A stretch of 62,968 nucleotides of DNA, counting the filler, from Chiloscyllium plagiosum (taxonomy: Eukaryota): NCBI RefSeq assembly GCF_004010195.1. It is 3 parts of one record of this genome, joined end to end, with 100 filler letters (N's around TTAATTAATTAA, not from the genome) between each part and the next. Parts side by side here need not be neighbours in the genome. Positions count along the whole stretch, not along the records: positions 21,578 to 41,099 come from NC_057713.1; positions 41,200 to 62,968 come from NC_057713.1; 1 more part is not named here. One strand, given 5' to 3'. The notes below the pieces were generated by a model. That model was not told where the DNA came from and did not search any database. It was given only the letters and a program-made list of their open reading frames with translations. Below, piece by piece: positions 38,120 to 50,949 of the stretch. The stretch's first letter is position 1; every line of letters starts with the position of its first letter. The position numbers and the translations under genes are program-made.

Positions 38120-38392
38120 GAATACAGCTGAACTCCCTCAGTTTGGGGACAGACTTCAAGAAGGATTGGCAGGCTCTCCACCACCAACACCACCTCCATT
38201 CCATTCCACTTGGCAAGCTGAATCGTTGATCAATGTCACTGATGCTTCATTCCACGGTGTTCCTGGTCACAGACTGGCTCACATTGAACATGAGTTGGCT
38301 ACATGTGGTGAGGTGGAAGAGGACAATCATGTCAAATGGATACGCCCTGTCACCAAAGTGCCAATCTCTGTTGGCTCAAAGATGGTAGGAAC
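38120..38392 (-). mobile_element. PIF/Harbinger transposase (DDE_Tnp_4 / HARBI1-like) C-terminal remnant
   Basis: Minus strand WHFGDRAYPF and FNVSQSVTRNTVE*SISDIDQRFS match WLLGDKGYP / YNxSHxxTRxxIExxIGxLKxRF. Confidence 0.75.
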
Positions 38393-38529
38393 AGCAAATT
38401 GTTACAGGATAAAAGTATTGTGGGTGCCAGCAGGAGGAAGTAGGTAATCACTGATAGGATGCTCTGTGCATGATTGATGACAGTAGTTTTTTTATATCCT
38501 TTCCTTCAAGCTGAATGTCAGTATTTGTT

Positions 38530-38760
38530 ACCCTTTACCTTTTGAACTGAATGGCTTGTTAGATGACTTCAAAGTCAACCATATGATTGTAGGTCTGCAG
38601 TCACATTTAGGCCTGACAAAGTTTACAGGTAATCCCCCTTCCCTAAAGGATAATGAAGAATCAGGGATTTTTTGTTTACACCTGTATTTATTTCATGGTC
38701 ACCACCATTCAGTTCTAGCTTTTAATTCCAGATTTATTAATTAATTGAACTTAAATTCTC
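38530..38760 (-). mobile_element. Old SINE (same family as 5105/7534)
   Basis: AAGTCAACCATATGATTGTAGGTCTGCAGTCACATTTAGGCC is the reverse complement of that family's core. Confidence 0.55.
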
Positions 38761-38779
38761 AGCAAACTTTTTCAAAAAT

Positions 38780-39404
38780 TGTTATGGACCAGACCAAACC
38801 CCCTCAAGATATTCTGAAGATAGTTTGGACACTAATGTTTTCTTATTTTAAAGGTAAATGTAAGGTGTGGCATTCCAGATGCAATTTGATTGGTCAGACT
38901 ACCGGATTTAAAGCAAAACACACTTTATTCATCCACTGTAGTTACACTTTAACAACAAAAAGGAGGAATTAGGATAACAACTGTATTGGAAAACTTAATA
39001 GAATAATAGATACAGTAACTATTACTGATAAACTGTTCCAATCATAGTAACATTCCATAAACACCCTTGGCAAAAGGTAAATTCAAACACAGATTGTCTC
39101 ACATGCAGCTCCAGTGACTGTCAGAGAACCTCCAGCTTTTGACCATAACTGAGAGGGGCAAAAAAATAGCTTCCATTTCTTCCAGACCCCAATAGCAACT
39201 TCTGAAAGCTCAACTAAAGATGTTGTTTTGGTGGGAATTTGACCCCATCCATTCAGGCTGCTTCTATTGTTGTAACTTTGTAAAAGGTCCCCAAGGCCTC
39301 ACAAGCCATTTACTTTCTTAACGCCTGCTCGTTAACTCTTGTTCATACTCTCCTTCAAAAAAAACAAAGACAAAATAATTTCTTAAAGCCACATCATTGT
39401 CACA
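38780..39404 (-). mobile_element. Solo LTR (625 bp), probably Gypsy-type
   Basis: TGT...ACA termini; 4-bp TSD AAAT at 38776-38779 and 39405-39408; AATAAA on minus strand near 38924. Confidence 0.75.
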
Positions 39405-40132
39405 AAATCTACAAAATAAATAAAATATTGCACATAAGAATACTTAAATTTATAAGTGGTGACCAATTGTCTGTCCACCGGCATTCTGCATAATTTCCCA
39501 GAATCTGTCAATGACATTTACTTAATTAAATATCAGAAATTACTTTTACCAAATGAAGTTTGAAGGTAAATTACATCCAAATTACATCAGAACTCTTTAG
39601 TTTTGGTTGAAATTACTTTGCCAGCTCTTGGGAATATATTCAGTGATCGATCACCATATCCAATCACCTAGGTTTCACTTTAAGATCTGGTTTGTTCAGT
39701 ACCATCTTCAGCTAAGATCAGAGCAAAGTATATTCCTCTTTGCAATAAAGGCCAAACTTCCAACTGTCTGCTCAATCACTGGCTGTGCATGCATGCTGAT
39801 ATCTCACGATTCATGGTTGTTCACCAATCCTCTCTCTCCATGTTAATATATTACACCAGTATAGTAAGGTTTTCACTTATTCAATAGCCTTTTCCTTAGT
39901 ACCATATTGAATGCTGTTTGAAATCCAAATACAGTGCACTAACTAAGTTGCCTTTATCAACCCAGCTTATTATGCCCTGAGAGAAATTTCAGAAATCTGT
40001 CAAGGATGATTTCTCTTCCATAAAACCATGTCTGATTATGTTATAATTTTCTAAATGTCCTGTTACTAGTGCTGAATAACAGATCGTGGCTTTTTCCCAA
40101 TGACTTATGTTTAAATGAAATAATTCCTTGTT

Positions 40133-40600
40133 ATAGAGTCATAGAGATGTTCAGCACGGAAACAAACCCTTTGCTCCAACTCATCCATACCAACCAGACA
40201 TCCTAAACTAATCGAGTCCTATTTGTCAGTATTTGGCCCATATCCCTAAAAAACCTTCCTGTTCACATTTCCATCCAGATGCCTTTTAAATGTTGCAATT
40301 GTACCAGCCTCCACCATATCCTCTGGCAGCTCATTCCATACACGTACCACCCTCTGCGTGATAAAGTTGCCCCTTAGGTCCCTTTTAAATTTTTCCCCTC
40401 TCACCCTAAACCTATGCCCTCTAGTTCTGGATTCCCTGACTCCAGGGAAAAGACTTTGTCTATTTATCCTATCCATGCCTCTCATGATTTTATAAACCCC
40501 TATAAGGTCACCCCTCAGCCTCCGACGCTCCAGGGAAAACAGCCCCAGCCTATTCAGCCTCTCCCTACAGCTCAAATCCTCCAACCCTGGCAACATCCTG
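40133..40600 (-). mobile_element. CR1 3' end
   Basis: ORF 40246-40596 MLPGLEDLS..RRRLRGDLI..RTRGH..VWNELP. Confidence 0.95.
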
Positions 40601-41099
40601 GCTCATTCATAAAGTCAGGAAGTATGGGATACAGGGAGATTTGGCTACCTGGACTCAGAATTGGTTGGTTGACAGAAGGCAGAGAGAGGTAAAAGATGGA
40701 AAGTATGCTGCCTGTTGAGTGGGGTCCCGCAGCGCTCTGTCCTCAGGCCTCTGCTCTTTGTAGTTTTTATAAATGACTTGGATGAGGAGGCTGAGGGGTA
40801 GTTTAGTAAATTTGCAGGTGACACAAAAGGTTGGAAGTGCCATTGATAGTATTGAGGGCTGTTGTAGGCTACAATTGAATATAGACAGGATGCAGAGCTG
40901 GGCTGAGAAATGGCAGATGGAGTTCAACCTGGATAAATGCAAAGTGATTCATTTTGGAGGGTCGAACTCGAATGCTGAATATAGGATTAAAGACAGGATT
41001 CTTGGCAGTGTGGAGGAACAGAGGGATCTGGGTGTGCAATACATAGATCCCCTCAAAGTTGCCACCCAAGTGGATAGGGTTGTTAAGAAAGCATATGGT
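40601..41099 (+). mobile_element. CR1 RT fragment
   Basis: WAEKWQMEFNLDKC, EQRDLGV, KVATQVDRVVKKAYG. Confidence 0.93.
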
Positions 41100-41199
41100 N
41101 NNNNNNNNNNNNNNNNNNNNNNNNNNNNNNNNNNNNNNNNNNNTTAATTAATTAANNNNNNNNNNNNNNNNNNNNNNNNNNNNNNNNNNNNNNNNNNNN
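41100..41199. other. Artificial 100-bp contig-join spacer
   Basis: N44-TTAATTAATTAA-N44. Confidence 0.97.
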
Positions 41200-41366
41200 T
41201 ACCTTTTATCTCAGCCCGCTTGGCACACCAGCCTCATTCCTGAAGAAGGGCTTATGCCCGAAACGTTGATTTTCTTGCTCCTCGGATGCTGCCAGGGCTG
41301 CTGCGCTTTTCCAGCACCACACTTTTCAACTCTGATCTCCAGCATCTGTAGTCCTCACTTTCTCCT
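41200..41366 (+). mobile_element. PLE pLTR with hammerhead motif (41240-41267)
   Basis: CTGAAGA-A-GGGC-TTAT-GCCC-GAAAC-GTT. Confidence 0.88.
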
Positions 41367-42984
41367 CTGACCAATAAAGCAAAGCTTACCAAACGGCTTC
41401 CCTCATCCTATTACCTACGGATCTACTTTCAAGGAAGTATGAACCTGTACTCCAAGGTCTCTTTGTTCAGCAACACTCCCCAGGACCTTAAGTGTACAGG
41501 TCCTGCTCTGATTTGCTTTTCCAAAATGCAGCACCTCACATTTACCTAAATTAAACTCCATCTGCCACTCCTCAGCTTTTGGGCCCATCTGATCAAGATC
41601 CTGTTGTAATCTGAGGTGACTTTCTTTGCTCTCCACAGCATCTCCAATTTTGGTGTCATCTGCAAACTTACTAATTATACCTCCTACGTTAATATCCAAA
41701 TAATTTATATAAACTACAAAAAGCAGTTGGACCCAGCACTGATCCTTGTGGCACTCCACTGGTCACAGGCCTCCAGTCTGAAAGGCAACCATCCACCACC
41801 ACCCTCTGTCTTCTACCTTTGAGCCAGTTCTGTATCCAAATGTATTCCATGTGATCAGGAATATGATCATTCCTGATGAAGAGCTCATGCTCGAAACATA
41901 GACTCTCCTGCTCCTCGGATATTGCCTGATCGGCTGTGCTTTTCCAGCACTACACTCTTCAACTCTGATCTCCAGCGTCTGCAATCATCACTTTCTTCCA
42001 CGTGATCTAATCTTGTTAACCAGACTCCCATGAGAAACCTTGTCAAACACATTACAAGTCCATATAAATCATGTCTATCGCTCTGCCCTCATCAATCCTC
42101 TTTGTTACTTCTTCAGAAAACTCAATCAAGTTTGTGAGACATGATTTCCCACGCACAAAGCCATGTTGACTATTCCTAATCAGTCCTTGCCTTTGTCTTC
42201 TACCTTTGAGCCAGTTCTGTATCCAAATGGCTCGTTCTCCCTATGTTCCTTGAGATCTAACCTTGCTAACCAGTCTCTCATGGGGAACCTTGTAGAACGC
42301 CTTACTGAAGTCCATATAGATCACATCTACTGCTCTGCCCTCATCAATTCTCTTTGTTATTTGCTCAAAAAAACTCAATCAAGTTTGTGAGACATGATTT
42401 CCCACGCACAAAGCCATGTTGACTATCCCTAATCAGTCCTGGCCTTTTCAAATACATGTACATCCTGTCCCTCAGGATTCCCTCCAACAACTTGCCCACT
42501 ACCGACATCAGGCTCACTGGTCTATAATTCCCTGGCTTGTCCTTACCACCTTTCTTAAACAGTGCCACCACGCTAGCCAACTTCTAGTTTTCTGGCACCT
42601 CACCAGTGACTATCGATGATACAAATATCTCAGCAAGAGGCTCAGCAATCACTTCTCTAGCTTTCCACAGATTTCTAGGGTACACCTGATCAGGTCCCCA
42701 GGGAATCTATCCACCTTTGTGTGTTTTTAGACATCCAGCACTTCCTCCTCTGTAATATGGACATTCTTCAAGATGTTGCTATTTCTTTCCCCATGTTCTC
42801 TACCTTCCATGTCCTTCTCCACAGTAAACACTGATACAAAATATTTGTTTAGTATCGCCCCATCTCCTACAGTTCCACACAAAGGCTGCCTTGCTGATCT
42901 TTGAGGGGCCCTATTCTCTCCCTAGTTGCCCTTTTGTCATTAATGTATTTGTAGAATCCCTTTGGATTCTCCCTAATTCTATTT
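41367..42984 (-). mobile_element. CR1 ORF2 fragments with internal duplication
   Basis: [41 protein letters not shown]; segment from about 41808 repeated from about 42196. Confidence 0.9.
41857..41995 (+). mobile_element. pLTR-only PLE insertion with hammerhead motif
   Basis: 12-bp TSD TTCCA(T/C)GTGATC at 41845-41856 and 41996-42007; CTGATGA (41873)-A-GAGC-TCAT-GCTC-GAAAC-ATA. Confidence 0.88.
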
Positions 42985-44778
42985 AGAGTCATAGAGATGT
43001 ACAGCATGGAAACAGACTCTTCGGTCCAACCCATCCATATATCCCAACCCAATCTAGTCCCACCTGCAAGCACCCAGCCTATATCCCTCCAAACCCTTCC
43101 TATTCATATACCCATCCAAATGCCTTTTAAATGTTGCAATTGTACCAGCCTCCACCACATTCTCTGGCAGCTCATTCCATACACGTACCACCCTCTGTGA
43201 AAAAGTTGCCCCTTAGGTCTCTTTTATATCTTTCCCCTCTCACCTATGCCCTCTAGTTCTGGACTTCCTGACCCCAGGGAAAAGACTTTGTCTATTTATC
43301 CTATCCATGCCCTTCATAATTTTGTAAACCTCTAGAAGGTCACCCCTCAGCCTCCGACACTCCAGGGAAAACAGCCCCAGCCTGTTCAGCCTCTCCCTAT
43401 AGCTCAGATCCTCCAACCCTGGCAACATCCTTGTAAATCTTTTCTGAACCCTTTCAGGTTTCACAACATCTTTCCAATAGGAAGGAGACCAGAATTGCAT
43501 GCAATATTCCAACAGTAGCCTAACCAATGTCCTGTACAGCCGCAACATGACCTTCCAACTCCTGTACTCAATACTCTGACCAATAAAGGAAAGCATACCA
43601 CTGTTGTAATCTGAGGTAACCCTCTTCGCTGTCCACCAATTTTGGGGTCATCTGCAAACTTACTAACTATACCTCTTATGCTTGAATTCAAATCATTTAT
43701 GTAAATGACAAAACGTAGAGGACCCAGCACCGATCCTTGTGGCACTCCACTGGTCACAGGCCTCCAGTCTGAAAAACAACCCTCCACCACCACCACCCTC
43801 TGCCTTCTACCCTTGAGCCAGTTCTGAATCCAAATGGCTAGTTCTCCCTGTATTCCATAAGATCTAACCTCGCCAATCAGTCTCCCATGGGGAACCTTGT
43901 CGAACTGTTTGAGATGGGGATAGCCACAGGAGACTCCTGTACTACCTGTCTCCTTCTCCACTTTTCCCGGAGGTAACCCACCTACCTGACATATCCTGTA
44001 ACTGCGATCCATCTCAACCCCAGCTTCTGTAAATTCCTCATTGCCTCTAACTGCTGCTTAAACCGATCCATGTGATCTATTAGGATTCACAACTGAACAC
44101 ACTGGCTGCAGACATAATCCTCAGTAACATGGGAACTTTCCCTAAACTCCCACATCAGACAGGGAGAGCACATCACTCGACTCAAGGCCATCTTCAATCC
44201 TTCACAATCTACAGACCCAGAAAATAGCCCAGTCTTACTGCTCTAAGGATACTGCTTCATGATAGCTTAGTGTCTATGTTTTTATATTTTTAAAGTTTAA
44301 TCAAGAGACAGATCTCAATAACAACATATAACCAAAAAACCCACTCTACTCACTATTGTAGATTTATAAAAAAAACAGTAAGGTTACATATTAAAAAAAC
44401 ACTTATTTGCTCCCATGCTGTGAGGTCCCACATAGGTTTCTCCAAGGTCAGCTGGGAATTTCGCTGTTTGTTTATTTTTCCGAGAATGAACTCCCATGTC
44501 CAGAGATACTTATTAACAAACAGCAAAAGCAGTAGCTGTGTAGGTTTCTTTCTGTCTCTCACTGACCATGTGGACTCTGCCTATATCTGTCTTTCTCCTT
44601 TTAAAGTGCTGATGTTTTGATCTTTTCTCCCCAAAGTTCCAAAACAATGCAACAGATTATAAAACAGGAATTATTGCTCCTGGAATTTGAGGAAATAAGC
44701 TTGAACACTGAAAATTCTTCAGAAAAGGAGTAGCTCTTACAGCCACAATGTTTCTCCATCCTCCTCCTCGTTTTGAAT
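42985..44778 (-). mobile_element. Internally deleted CR1 retaining probable 5' UTR, ORF1 start, part of RT and 3' tail
   Basis: ORF1 from ATG 44191: MALSRVMCSPCLMWE..YVCSQC (CxxC..CxxC), joined near 43905 to [26 protein letters not shown]. Confidence 0.85.
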
Positions 44779-45269
44779 AAAGTCGTTATATTTCCCTCAA
44801 TCAATATCACAAAAAAAACACAGATCATATGGTCAGCACCACATTGTCCTTTGTGAGGGCTGATCGTTACAAATTGGCTGCCAGTTTTTCTACATTACAA
44901 CAATGCTAATCCTTCAAAAGTGGTCATTATTTCTGGAATGGAAACACAATTAAGTGTGTCTGTCTAACTTTAGTGTCTAGGAAGCAGACAGCACCCAGAG
45001 CTAAACACAGAAAAGTCCATCCTCGATATTCTGTTTAAGGAAAACTCAAGCAGTGAAATGAACCTCTTTTGTTGCAGTAGTAATAACAGATGATACTTAA
45101 AATGCTTTCACACATCTAGTGATGTGAAACACACCACACAAACACAAGTCATTTCTTTTTCCTTTGTCTGCAATTCAGCTCAATCATACTTTTCTGTAGA
45201 ATTATCTGGGACAGCATGCTGACTATAAATTGTAGTTCCAACACAGTACCTACTTCTATTTACTGTTGA

Positions 45270-45600
45270 AAAAGGTAGAGTTTGTTGAAGCTTTTTGCTG
45301 TGCACTCATCAGGCCACTTCACAAGAATACCAATTCAATGGGCACATCACCATTTATGCTGCATGAGAGGAGAGTGTTGATTGGTTCACAAGCTGACTCT
45401 GACTGGTAGAGGCAATGCTATGGAGAGTGCATCCATTAGAGTTACTTGAAAATTAATTTCCAGGCTTAGGTCAAAGGATAAACTAGGCAGATTGATTCTA
45501 ATTGGTCAGGGCATTACCCTAAGAAATGGCTATACCTGTTGTGTTGAGCTGAAATAGATGCAGTGCATGTCCATGTATGCTCCGTCTGCAAACAGCATGG
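45270..45600 (-). mobile_element. Decayed pLTR of a further PLE family
   Basis: Minus-strand CTGATGAGTGCACAGCAAAAAGCTTC (degenerate hammerhead) at 45285-45312. Confidence 0.45.
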
Positions 45601-46954
45601 CTTGGTGAACTACGGGGAGAATGCAGGTAAGTGGCCATGATTGAATGGCGAAGTGGACTCGATGGGCCGAATGGCCTTACTTCCGCTCCTATGTCTTATG
45701 GTCTAACTAATAAACGTAGTCTCTAGTTCTAGGGTGGGAATGGTGTCTAGTCAGGGTCTAGGGAGGAGTGTAAGGAGTTTGGGAAGGTATAGTTGTGGAG
45801 TGGGAGGGGCAAGTGAGGTAAGATTGTGATTAATTTAATTGTTGCTCAGGAATTAGACAATGTTGTTGGTAGCCTGATGTTTTCTGAGTAATTATTTTAT
45901 TTAGTGTCAAAGGGTCCAATTGATTGAAACTTTTGGAGGATTCCACGTACAGTGGACTTGTCCAGTTGAAAATATTAATTTCCCAGCATATCCTTCGGAC
46001 TATGGTACAAAGGCAATTCTGTAGGGTCCCCATGCATAACTCCAGTCTATGTTGGAATAATGTGTCTGGCCAGCAGAAAATTTCATCCTCCTATTTCTGG
46101 GGAAATGTATGTCTGTCCTGTTCTTCCTGACTGCATCCGATAGTAAATCAAATAAAACCTCTTCCTGTTTGTCCAACATTCATCCAGAACACTTCCAACT
46201 TACATTTCTTGACAGTACTTTAAATAGAGTTGGGATTGACATAGAGATACAAAGCACTTGGAGTTAAAATGAACTGTTTTAATTGACTTTGAGATTCCAC
46301 TGTCTCCTATGACTGACATGTTTGAGATCTCTGAATCCTACTATTTTAGAGAGTTTGAGCTGGGACCTGTATGCTAACACGACCAAACGTGTCTAACTTT
46401 AATGTTTAAGAAATAGACAGCACCCAGAGGTAAACTCAGAAAAATCCATCCTTGATTTTCTGTTTAAAGAGAACTCATGCAGTGAAATGAATTTCTTTTG
46501 TTACAGGAGCAACAACAGCTGATACCTGGGATTGAATGTCTAGGATTTACTGCGATCTATCATGACAGGGTTGATTAAAAAATTATTAAAAGCTCCATCT
46601 CACACACACACACTTTAAGCTGATTTTTCAAATGTGAATTTTTCTCTTGTAAGCAAACACTCAATTTATTAGTTTTCATATAATTTCAAAATATTTACTC
46701 ACACATCTTTTTCCCCAATTATGTACTTTATTGATAAAGTTTGTGGAAGTACAATTCAAACTATTTCCAGTGGAAAAATACAGAACTTGCAACAAAACTC
46801 AACTTACCCTCAAATGTCATGCTGCACTGTCAGGTATCTCAATACAATCATGATAGTTGTCACATTTACAACATTAAACCATTTCAAATTGAAAACCTAT
46901 GAAGTGCAATAAAAATGCATTTTTCACAGTATACTGTGTTCACTCTGAGGTGTC

Positions 46955-48822
46955 TCAATAGACAATAGTTGCAGGAGAAGGCCATTCTGCCCTTCGAGCC
47001 TGCACCACCATTCATCATGATCATGGCTGATCATCCTCAGTCAGTATGCTGTTCCTGCCTTATGGGAAGAAAGTGAGGTCTGCAGATGCTGGAGATCAGA
47101 GCTGAAGAAGGGCTTATGCCCGAAACGTCGATTCTCCTGTTCCCTGGATGCTGCCTGACCTGCTGCGCTTTTCCAGCAACACACGTCGATTCTCCTGTTC
47201 CCTGGATGCTGCCTGACCTGCTGCGCTTTTCCAGCAACACATTTTCAGCTTTGTTCCTGCTTTATTTCCATAACCCTTGATTCCACAATCCTTGAGAGCT
47301 CTATCCAACTCTTTCTTAAACGAATCCAGAGACTGGGCCTCCACTGCCCTCTGGGGCAGAGCATTCCACACACCCGCCACTCTCTGGGTGAAGAAGTTTC
47401 TCCTCATCTCTGTCCTAAATGGCCTACCTCTTATTTTTAAGCTGTGTCCTCTGGTTCGGGACTCACCCATCAGCGGAAACATGTTTCCTGCCTCCAGAGT
47501 GTCCNNNNNNNNNNNNNNNNNNNNNNNNNNNNNNNNNNNNNNNNNNNNNNNNNNNNNNNNNNNNNNNNNNNNNNNNNNNNNNNNNNNNNNNNNNNNNNNN
47601 NNNNNNNNNNNNNNNNNNNNNNNNNNNNNNNNNNNNNNNNNNNNNNNNNNNNNNNNNNNNNNNNNNNNNNNNNNNNNNNNNNNNNNNNNNNNNNNNNNNN
47701 NNNNNNNNNNNNNNNNNNNNNNNNNNNNNNNNNNNNNNNNNNNNNNNNNNNNNNNNNNNNNNNNNNNNNNNNNNNNNNNNNNNNNNNNNNNNNNNNNNNN
47801 NNNNNNNNNNNNNNNNNNNNNNNNNNNNNNNNNNNNNNNNNNNNNNNNNNNNNNNNNNNNNNNNNNNNNNNNNNNNNNNNNNNNNNNNNNNNNNNNNNNN
47901 NNNNNNNNNNNNNNNNNNNNNNNNNNNNNNNNNNNNNNNNNNNNNNNNNNNNNNNNNNNNNNNNNNNNNNNNNNNNNNNNNNNNNNNNNNNNNNNNNNNN
48001 NNNNNNNNNNNNNNNNNNNNNNNNNNNNNNNNNNNNNNNNNNNNNNNNNNNNNNNNNNNNNNNNNNNNNNNNNNNNNNNNNNNNNNNNNNNNNNNNNNNN
48101 NNNNNNNNNNNNNNNNNNNNNNNNNNNNNNNNNNNNNNNNNNNNNNNNNNNNNNNNNNNNNNNNNNNNNNNNNNNNNNNNNNNNNNNNNNNNNNNNNNNN
48201 NNNNNNNNNNNNNNNNNNNNNNNNNNNNNNNNNNNNNNNNNNNNNNNNNNNNNNNNNNNNNNNNNNNNNNNNNNNNNNNNNNNNNNNNNNNNNNNNNNNN
48301 NNNNNNNNNNNNNNNNNNNNNNNNNNNNNNNNNNNNNNNNNNNNNNNNNNNNNNNNNNNNNNNNNNNNNNNNNNNNNNNNNNNNNNNNNNNNNNNNNNNN
48401 NNNNNNNNNNNNNNNNNNNNNNCAGTCTCTCCAACACCAATTCTTGGCAAATATAAATTCCCTTCAGTTCAGGTCCTTCAGCCACTGTTACCTCAGGGAG
48501 ATTGCTTGTGTCTTCCCCAGTGAACACAGATCTGGAGTACCAATTCAATTCTTCTGCCATTTCTTTGTTCCCTGTAATATATCCCCCTGTTTCTCTCTTC
48601 AAGGGCCCAATTTTAGTCTGAACATTTTTTTTTCCCTTTCACATACCTGAAAAAGCTTTTACTATCCTTCTTTATATTATTGACCAGTTCACCTTCGTAC
48701 CTCATTTTTTCTGTGTGTATTTCCTTCTTAGTAATCCTCTGTTGTTCTTTAAAAGCTTCCCAGTCCTCTGTTTTCCCACTTATCTTTGCTATGTTATACT
48801 TTTTCTCTTTTGACTTTATATG
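46955..48822 (-). mobile_element. CR1 ORF2 and 3' end spanning an assembly gap (47505-48422)
   Basis: MFPLMGESRTRGHSLKIRG..VWNALP; GNKEMAEELNWY..VFT. Confidence 0.9.
47064..47251 (+). mobile_element. Fold-back pLTR-only PLE derivative with intact hammerhead core
   Basis: 14-bp TSD TGTTCCTGC(C/T)TTAT at 47050-47063 and 47252-47265; hammerhead 47102-47129; internal 58-bp tandem duplication. Confidence 0.9.
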
Positions 48823-49912
48823 ACTTTATGGAAGATTCTCAGTATGATCTCACCCTGCGTGTCATACCAGCCCTGCAGTGAGCTTCCAAACCCATCTTTG
48901 GTTTCCACTAAAACTATTATTTCAATAAATTTGATGTTCCCAGAGTACATTCCTTGTTAGGTTCTGTAGTTTATAGCTCCTCAGTATGGAACTGCTGAAA
49001 GGCCTTAGACAGTGACCTTTTCCCACTGCATCTCTGTAGCAGCTTCCCCATGCATTAGTGCAGCCCTCAGCACCTAGCCTGGGATTTTGAGGGCACCAGT
49101 GTGTAACACTCAGTCCAGGATCACTCCATGCACTGGAAAACCAGTGAACATTGGGCAGAACAGAGAGCATTGTCTCCTGAGCCTATGGTCTTCAAGCTGT
49201 AGTTGATGTTTGTCTCAGTCTGTGTCCCTCAGTGTAGCCCATGAAGCACAGAGTCCTGCTTTATGGAGCTGCTCAGATGAACTTAGACAAAAACATTGCA
49301 AAGGCAGAGAAGGCGGATGGCAGACTCTTCCCTACCACAACTACCTCAATAAAGGGTGGGGGTGGGGAAGAAGTGGCAACACTGTGGGCGTGTGCAGGAG
49401 GTACCTGGCGAGAAGGGTCTTTCTCACAGCCACTGAGCTCCACCTTGACACTTGTTTCTAAGTCCTGGTGACGAGGCATTCCGACAAATTACTTTGACAG
49501 TCTGCTGAAAGGACCAATCCTTTTACTACAGGATCACTGACTGTTACCGAATAGGTTTGTGATTAAGGACGGTTTGCTGCAAAAGGGGGAGGTGGTATTG
49601 TATTGTTCTCCCACTGAGCAATTCACAGTAACATGGCCACAGCTATCACAGGCACAGGTAAAACCTCAGCTTGGTACTTGGGTACTAACCACCTCCACAC
49701 AGGGTCAGGCAGCTGCACTCAAAGTTGCCCTCAGCATGAGGATGTTGCTGGGTACATTTCATCTCCCTCTCTGCAACATCTTGTTGACAAATACACTTCC
49801 TTTACACAAATACTTCCCTTCCACATATTTACAACCAAGCTGAAATTCAACATGACACATTTACCACGTAGCAACTGTTCTTCTCAGGTAACAATAATTT
49901 TTGTTTCTTTCC

Positions 49913-50150
49913 TGAAGTAACTGCACTGAGGCCAGTATCCTGCCACCAACTCACCCTTTAGCCATGTGTACACAGGACACTGGCTGTAGCCAGTCAGCTC
50001 AGAGTCAGCCCTCAAATGAAGGAGATTCAAATCTCCTGGTTGTATTGGTCAGCCAGGGCTTCCCTCCTCCCCCCCACCCAATTGGCCCGGGTTCACAAAC
50101 CCCAATCAATGACCTCAGAGAATGATGTCCACCTGGTTCTAATCACTATA
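49913..50150 (-). mobile_element. Short solo LTR (238 bp)
   Basis: TG...TA (decayed CA) termini; perfect 5-bp TSD TTTCC at 49908-49912 and 50151-50155. Confidence 0.7.
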
Positions 50151-50949
50151 TTTCCAAAAGAAGCCAAATTCTCAAAGGATAAATGTCACTGCAATGTGCC
50201 AATACCGAATGTATTAAATTATTAAGAACCTTGGACACGTGCAAACTGGATTGTAAAAACTTTCATCATTGCATTCCTTCTTTCAATGGAAGATGATTTC
50301 CATCACCTGGGTCACCGACAACAGCACAATAGACCAATCACCTGAACTTACACCCTGCTGCACAAAACTGAATATTTCAGTAACAAATACAATGTTCATC
50401 CAAAGGTGACCCTTTAAACGTGATGAAAGAAAGGATCTGGCATAGTCAGAGCGTTGCCTGTTGACTCAGATTTGTCTTTGGTAACATTTCACCAGAGATA
50501 CTCAATCCATTGCACTGGTGTCCTGTTACATAGTACGTTGATGCTGAATGGAACAAGTAAAGTAAATTGATATCACAATGTTCAGATGAAAGACCTAAGT
50601 CGAGAAATGAAAATAAAATATTTTGGGTATGTTTAGTAGGTTAGCTTTTGACGTATGATTTTCTCTGCTTGTTACTTGCCTTATTGAGATGATGTTATAG
50701 CCAAGTAATGTGAAATGTAATAGTTTGATTCCACAGTGTAGTGTGGAATTGGGGCTGAGGGAGAGTGGGGACAGCATCACCTTCTTAGAAAATGGAACAT
50801 GGGAGCACGGGGTCTACAATATTCTCCAAATGCCTGAATTTCAAAAATACAACACCATCCAAGAGCACAGCATTGGCCATTCACACTCACCATTGGTTAT
50901 TCCGCTGTTACAACATTATTGGACTTTAACTAACACTCAGTCCCAGATA

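Noticed and set aside
2505..48650. Long ORFs full of X (2505-3420, 13197-14353, 47277-48650)
   Set aside because: Length comes from N-gaps; the real parts are TE fragments.
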